A stretch of 55,768 bases of DNA, counting the filler, from Bipalium vagum (taxonomy: Eukaryota), in assembly GCA_037834085.1 (NCBI GenBank). It is 3 parts of 3 records of this genome, joined end to end, with 100 filler letters (N's around TTAATTAATTAA, not from the genome) between each part and the next. Parts side by side here need not be neighbours in the genome. Positions count along the whole stretch, not along the records: positions 39,641 to 55,768 come from JBBMKC010125731.1; 2 more parts are not named here. One strand, given 5' to 3'. Shown here one piece after another: positions 50,289-55,768 of the stretch. The stretch's first letter is position 1. Each line of letters opens with the position of its first letter. The translations under genes were made by a program, and so were the position numbers. The notes below the pieces were generated by a model. The model saw nothing but the letters and a program-made list of their open reading frames with translations. It had not been told where the DNA came from and did no database searches.

Positions 50289-53200
50289 ATGACATTTCTT
50301 GATGATTCCGAATTTGGTATTGTCAAGGAATATATTCTGTTCTTGAAGGATGAGTTAATTGACAAATTTTTCGATGAAAACGAACTAAGATCAATTTCTA
50401 TGAAGACAAATTGCCATGTCGAACTTACTCCTCGTATTCTAAACAAAAAGGTTGGCGCTTTTAGGATAATAAAGTATGCCATTATCCAGATTAGAGGAAA
50501 AGATAATCTTTCCATTAGACAGTGTAATAAGTTACTAGAGCAACGATTTCCATATTATCGAACAAGACAAGAATATGTGAAGAAAACATATTGCTGTACT
50601 TTGTTTGGTGAGGAAGCTCTTCCAGACAATGCTAGTCTTTATTTTTCTTTCCAACGTTCTGGACCTACTACGTACAATTACGGCAATATATTACTAAAAT
50701 CCCCATTTGAAAGCAGTCTAACGAGACCCCTTGAGAGCTGTTATTGGAAATATAATGACAGTGATCTAAGAAAAGGAATCATAGTGCCATCGACTAAACA
50801 AGCTCAAAACTACTTTACAAATCATTTAAAAGATTATATTCAGCCTCAAGATGAGTTTAAGATAAAAAATATCCCTAGTACTCTATTTGCACAAAACGAT
50901 GACAGTCCAAATGTCAATGAAGCGAAACCAGGAAAGTTTAATGATTACCCGACGAGTAAGGAGAAGTTTGTTTTCAATAAAATAACAGACAACTCAATGT
51001 TACAAAAAGAGAACCTTAAAAAATATTCTCATGAGAACAAGTCTGATTTAAAAAAGTATCCTGGTGATCTTCAGACAAATAGTATGCCCAATGATGATCA
51101 TACAAACAAAACAGTTTCCAAAGATCTTCAGGCGGGAGGTAAGCAGACTAAGGCCAATGATAATCTAAATGACAAAAATTACACAAACAAAACAGTTTCC
51201 AAAGATCTTCAGGCAGAAGGTAAGCAGAATAAGGACAGTGATGATCTGAAAGACAAAAATCAAAAAAATAAAATTGGCTCAAAAAATTTTCAAGCAAATA
51301 GTAAGCCATCAAAGCAAAACGAAGATGTAAAGGACAGAGGTCGTAAAAAAGGAATTGGTCCAAAAGATCATCAGGAAGAAAATTCAAAGCTCGATGATTT
51401 TTCTACTAAAAGCCAAAAGAATAAAATAAGTTCCAAGGACGAACAGGGAGATAGTGCAAGACTAGGATATGGAGATGAAAGTGAAGACGACATAAAAAAC
51501 GACCATCGAAACGGACAAAGAATTCGACCAATTAATGAAGAAATTTTTTACACTAAACCTGAAAAAGGCATCAAGATTTTATACGTTGAAAGTAAAACTA
51601 TAATAGGTATGGAAAAGAATTCAGTAGAATCAAGTAGCGGAGAAATAAGTGTTTTGAAAAGGGACGATACTATGAATGAAATAACCGTTATGGAAGATGA
51701 CTATGACATTTTGTCTTTGAAGGCTAAAGATTTAAAAAGTCCATTTGATACAGCAAATTCCATCTTACCCGTCTATCAATATTCGAATGAAAAGATTTTA
51801 ACAATGGATGATGAGAAACTGCAAAAAATTAAAGATGATAAAACGGATGAGAACAGACCTCAAAATGCGAAATCTGTTTTTAACAATAAAGAATCTAAGG
51901 ATCTTTTCAAAAGAAAGACCTCAGCTCTTCGGATAAGACACGGATCCGAAATACGAAATGGAATTGAAGAAGACAATACGGGTAATTTGGAGAACAAAAA
52001 ACAAACAAAACCTAAGATCAGTACTATAATATCAACTACAACTAAACTGAAGGATATCAAATCCCGGCCGTCTAAAATATCGGAAAATATCAAGTCCGTT
52101 GAAGGAACGCAGAAATCTGATATCCAAATGACAAAACATTCCAAGGGTTCAACTATCTATGAAGATGATAGGCTGACCTCAGATTTTGAAAGCACTGGAT
52201 TTGAACCTATTGTTACAAAAAGTCAGACCATTATCCCAATTTCCAAAAAGGAAAATTTAATAATGAGAAGTGAAAGCGTTATCTTGATGAAATCACCAGT
52301 GACAATAGCGAACAGTAAGCTTAAAGACAAGCCAGACAAAAAACAACTGCTGGAAGGTTTCGATAAAATAGGAGAACATCATTCAATGAGAAAATCAACT
52401 AAAGAGAAAATCAGTAACAAACAAAATAAAAATGATTCCAAATCCGAAAACTCTGGGGCTATTGGTAAAACGTCTTTAGTTTCTGGAAATGTTCCTGGAA
52501 CAGCTGATGATGATAATGAAACCAGAAACAGAGCCGAAGTCACAGTAGATACTCACAACTTGAAATCAAATATCAATGATCAGCGAAATGAAAAGAACGA
52601 TTTGGACAATGGTTATATTACACCCGAGGTCAAGTCCTCCGTTTTGAGCAAAAAACCCATTGAAGAATTAATCGATGATAAGAACAAATCCAAGAATGTT
52701 AATGAAGACAAAGATAAAACCAATGGTCCTGAGAAACATAGCGATACTAATCGACAGACGTCCACCTTAGAAGAGCCTTTTGACAACGACGACAAATTAA
52801 CGGACATAAGCATTGATAAAAGATATTCAAAGAATTTAAGCTTTTCTAGAAAATTTATAGATCGATCAAGGAAATCCGAATGTTCACAGTGCTTCAAGAA
52901 AAAAAACTCCAGGAATTCAATCAAATACCGACCTTCGATATTGATCGAAAAATCCGTGAACGAAAATATCAAACGGACCAGTACGAGAAAGAACCCTGAT
53001 TATAGCAATTACCGGCAAAGCGTTGATCACAGTTCTCAAAGCAAGCCCAATGAAAAAGAAAAGGTCAAATCGGAAAATAATAAAAATAACCAGGAAATGA
53101 AAAAGTCGACAACTTCCGAGAAACGCCAATCTCTCGACGTCAAGGCAAAGCAAAATGCAAATGTCAATCGTGACATTTCCGATGAAAATTTATCATTGCA

Positions 53201-54563
53201 ACATGCTCATGATGTCGGAGACAACGGTCAGAATGTTGACAGCACAAATATCAATAAATGGAGAAAGGTCAACGAAAACCACCAGACCTTGAAAACGTTG
53301 ACACGGTTGAACAATCTGTCTGGAATGGATCTCTTGGTTCAGCATATTGCCGAAAAATTGATGATTGACGTATCGATTCTGAACGACAGCAAAATGAATT
53401 ATCCGGAAGTGAGATCGATCGATTCCGAATCGAAATCATCGGAAACGTTGTTTTCCATCAACTTTGAGATCCCCATCAACAGTAAGAGAATCGAGAAAAA
53501 CGTTGCCAATAACAATTTCATCATTGACAAGCCCTACTCATTCATTGACAACTCGGACAATTCGTCGGACATTTCCACATTGTCTAAATGTCTAGTGACG
53601 AACTTTACCGAGATCCAATATTGTAACAATGAGAAATTCATCGAATTCAAGTCTCAACAAAGTATTGTCAACAGTAACATTTCCAATGTCAGGGCTCTTT
53701 GTTCTGACTATTGTTCGTCGAAATCCTTTGATTTAGAGTCGTTGGTTCCATTGTTTGATACCGAACTGTCCATGAAAGGCTATCAGTTGAATTTTGGGTC
53801 TATTACTGAAATTAATGACTTGCTGGTAAGTTTGGACCCAAAATTAGATTGTTACAGTCTCACGTCAGACCTGTGTTGTTTAACGTATGAAGAAGAGGAC
53901 GAAGCCAACATGTTATCTGATCCATTCGTCTATCAAACAGAAACTCTGGGTCGATCTGGAGAAATTTGTAGAACGATTTCAAAGACCCCAGTGGAGAAGA
54001 ATGAGAAACTGAAATTCATCAGAAATGTTTCGTCTGCCAATAATGATCCATCGGTCTCATCAGAAGTGAATCGATTTTATTTGGCCCATTTTAAAATCGA
54101 TATGGAAAGCTTCCAAAATTTTTCTTTTGATACTGATTCCAATTACGTTCTGCGAGTAACGGAGATAATTCTCAGGAAAACCCATTCAGTAAGACAGAAA
54201 GACAAAATAATCGACGATAAAGTCTCGTCAATAAATGTTCCCATCAGAATGAGCTTCAAAAATCGACGAGAGACCAATCTGACAATTCCCAAAGTCTCCA
54301 AATCCCTCCATTCTGGTAATAACCACAATAATAGCTCCAATAGATTATGCACCAATGAACACCAGTGGGTTCCGGTCGATATTCAGAGTGTTGAATCGGA
54401 CGACAGCAATAAGTCGAGATCGTCCAGTTTTGACGTTGAAGATGTGAGGCCGAAATTGAGTTTCTATTCAGAAAAGAGCCGCCTGGACAAATATCACCGG
54501 GTCGATAGTTTCGATAAAATCGCCGACTGGATATCTCGGAATAGCGGCTTTGCCAATGCCTGA
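50289..54563 (+). CDS. Intronless 1424-aa protein: KH-like N-terminal domain plus long K/N/D/S-rich low-complexity region; function unknown
   Basis: A 4275-nt open frame, GC-richer than its AT-rich flanks, which is very unlikely to be open by chance. The N-terminal ~95 aa show a beta-alpha-alpha-beta-beta-alpha pattern. Confidence 0.88.
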   Translation: MTFLDDSEFGIVKEYILFLKDELIDKFFDENELRSISMKTNCHVELTPRILNKKVGAFRIIKYAIIQIRGKDNLSIRQCNKLLEQRFPYYRTRQEYVKKTYCCTLFGEEALPDNASLYFSFQRSGPTTYNYGNILLKSPFESSLTRPLESCYWKYNDSDLRKGIIVPSTKQAQNYFTNHLKDYIQPQDEFKIKNIPSTLFAQNDDSPNVNEAKPGKFNDYPTSKEKFVFNKITDNSMLQKENLKKYSHENKSDLKKYPGDLQTNSMPNDDHTNKTVSKDLQAGGKQTKANDNLNDKNYTNKTVSKDLQAEGKQNKDSDDLKDKNQKNKIGSKNFQANSKPSKQNEDVKDRGRKKGIGPKDHQEENSKLDDFSTKSQKNKISSKDEQGDSARLGYGDESEDDIKNDHRNGQRIRPINEEIFYTKPEKGIKILYVESKTIIGMEKNSVESSSGEISVLKRDDTMNEITVMEDDYDILSLKAKDLKSPFDTANSILPVYQYSNEKILTMDDEKLQKIKDDKTDENRPQNAKSVFNNKESKDLFKRKTSALRIRHGSEIRNGIEEDNTGNLENKKQTKPKISTIISTTTKLKDIKSRPSKISENIKSVEGTQKSDIQMTKHSKGSTIYEDDRLTSDFESTGFEPIVTKSQTIIPISKKENLIMRSESVILMKSPVTIANSKLKDKPDKKQLLEGFDKIGEHHSMRKSTKEKISNKQNKNDSKSENSGAIGKTSLVSGNVPGTADDDNETRNRAEVTVDTHNLKSNINDQRNEKNDLDNGYITPEVKSSVLSKKPIEELIDDKNKSKNVNEDKDKTNGPEKHSDTNRQTSTLEEPFDNDDKLTDISIDKRYSKNLSFSRKFIDRSRKSECSQCFKKKNSRNSIKYRPSILIEKSVNENIKRTSTRKNPDYSNYRQSVDHSSQSKPNEKEKVKSENNKNNQEMKKSTTSEKRQSLDVKAKQNANVNRDISDENLSLQHAHDVGDNGQNVDSTNINKWRKVNENHQTLKTLTRLNNLSGMDLLVQHIAEKLMIDVSILNDSKMNYPEVRSIDSESKSSETLFSINFEIPINSKRIEKNVANNNFIIDKPYSFIDNSDNSSDISTLSKCLVTNFTEIQYCNNEKFIEFKSQQSIVNSNISNVRALCSDYCSSKSFDLESLVPLFDTELSMKGYQLNFGSITEINDLLVSLDPKLDCYSLTSDLCCLTYEEEDEANMLSDPFVYQTETLGRSGEICRTISKTPVEKNEKLKFIRNVSSANNDPSVSSEVNRFYLAHFKIDMESFQNFSFDTDSNYVLRVTEIILRKTHSVRQKDKIIDDKVSSINVPIRMSFKNRRETNLTIPKVSKSLHSGNNHNNSSNRLCTNEHQWVPVDIQSVESDDSNKSRSSSFDVEDVRPKLSFYSEKSRLDKYHRVDSFDKIADWISRNSGFANA
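51099..51420 (+). repeat. 81-bp (27-aa) coding tandem repeat, about 4 progressively diverged units
   Basis: ACAAACAAAACAGTTTCCAAAGATCTTCAGGC recurs in units starting at 51099 and 51180. Protein units begin HTNKTVSKDLQ, YTNKTVSKDLQ, QKNKIGSKNFQ and RKKGIGPKDHQ. Confidence 0.85.
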
Positions 54564-55768
54564 AACACGGATATTTTATCGCTGTTTATGAGCTTTTATT
54601 GTTTTATTTGACATTATTTCATTTAGCGTTTCATCTCTCAAAAATACATTTAGAAGACTGAAACTTCTATATAAGTTTTGCTACGTTTTATTTTTTAGCT
54701 AACAACAAATACACTTTAATACTACACATATTCGGTCTTGTTTTGTATCATTTATTTATATCATGGCCAACTGGGTCCTTTGGTTTCATCTGCAATCATT
54801 TTTTATGTTCATAAATGCTTTTACCTTTCTTTGTAGGAAAGGCAGCTCAAGGGTAATAAGCATCTTACCAAGTATATATCGGGAAATTTTAGTTTGGTTA
54901 CCTCAAGTTAAACGATCTTTGCAATTCCGTGGGTCCTGAATGTGGATTAAGCTTTTTTCCTGGCAAAGTGGATTCATGAAAATCATGTTACCGTGACTTT
55001 TCAATTGTTTTTGGTGAATTCATCTGGACTCAAGAGTTAGCAATTAAAATGTTTCCAGCATTGTTTAAGAACAATTAAGAAAATTTTGGCACCAGAAACA
55101 ATAACAAAACCTTCAGTGAGTGAGTTCTAAAAGTTTGATGTCAGCTGGCAATTGTTAACTTTGACAAGTTCTTGATTGAAAGCCATGTTTATTTATTATT
55201 TAAGAAAACCATTGGAATGGATTATAGATCACAGGTGTTGAGGTGTGGACAAATCTTGTACTTTTATAGTGCATCATACACAAATGAGCCTGAAGACTTC
55301 CAAAATCATTTCACACCTTTGGGACTTATAACTGATATTAAAATATTAAGATCAGTTTTATTTTCTTAAATGTAAAGAAAACTATGGGTATTTTCTATAT
55401 TTTTAAAGTGATTTTTTAAAGTTTTTGCCTTTTTGTGTTCACTTTTATTAATTTAAATTTCTTAAACTATTATTAACATTATTGGTAAAGCTCTGCTTTA
55501 TTTTTGTGGAAATAATTTTCACTCAAATTTTATTTAACAAGGAACGTACTCCATATCTTCTTCATCCCCATTTTCACTGTTAGTAGGTAGTCTAATGATG
55601 CTCTAAACAAAAAAGTTTAAATAATGTATAATTATTGAGAAAAGATAAAAGGAAAAATAACATATGGAGTAAATGTAATTTATTAGTTTTCTTTATAACA
55701 TTTATTTAATAAAAATAATTTTGAGTTTTTTCTTCAGGATACAGTAGATCTGCATGGATCTTTGTCAG

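Noticed and set aside
50159-54355. Several minus-strand ORFs overlapping the 1424-aa gene (also 23778-24047 opposite the GPCR and 4152-4430 opposite MEA1)
   Set aside because: Antisense shadows of real coding sequence with no independent motifs.
54760-55360. GC-richer segment with a faint integrase-like appearance
   Set aside because: No convincing HHCC or DDE motif order could be reconstructed.

Overview
Very AT-rich eukaryotic (invertebrate animal-like) genomic DNA with short GT-AG introns (43-58 nt). It is assembled from at least three pieces joined by artificial 44N-TTAATTAATTAA-44N linkers (21298-21397, 39541-39640), plus two ordinary N gaps. Host genes, several reconstructed by manual splicing and missed or split by the ORF track: a complete 3-exon MEA1-like gene (4193-4814, -); the first three exons of an ERK1/2-type MAP kinase (17825-19610, -), ending in a perfect minor-spliceosome (U12) donor GTATCCTTT, with the rest of the gene not found in the window; a class A GPCR (23289-24113, -); the last two exons of a neurexin-like membrane protein ending KEWYV (38365-39001, -); and an intronless 1424-aa orphan with a GxxG-less KH-like N-terminus (50289-54563, +). 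The rest is mostly decayed transposons. These include a Gypsy-like LTR element (LTR, tRNA-Trp PBS, Gag with three zinc knuckles around an NQF-repeat spacer, no pol, then an unexplained ORF ending in a possible env start) and a related solo LTR near 41.6-42.7 kb. There are also two RLE-clade non-LTR retrotransposon remnants, many mariner and maT remnants, a DD39D-like (plant/stramenopile-type) remnant, an IS630-like remnant, MITEs and several strongly folding GC-richer hairpins. All family assignments come from motif recognition by eye; no database search was run.
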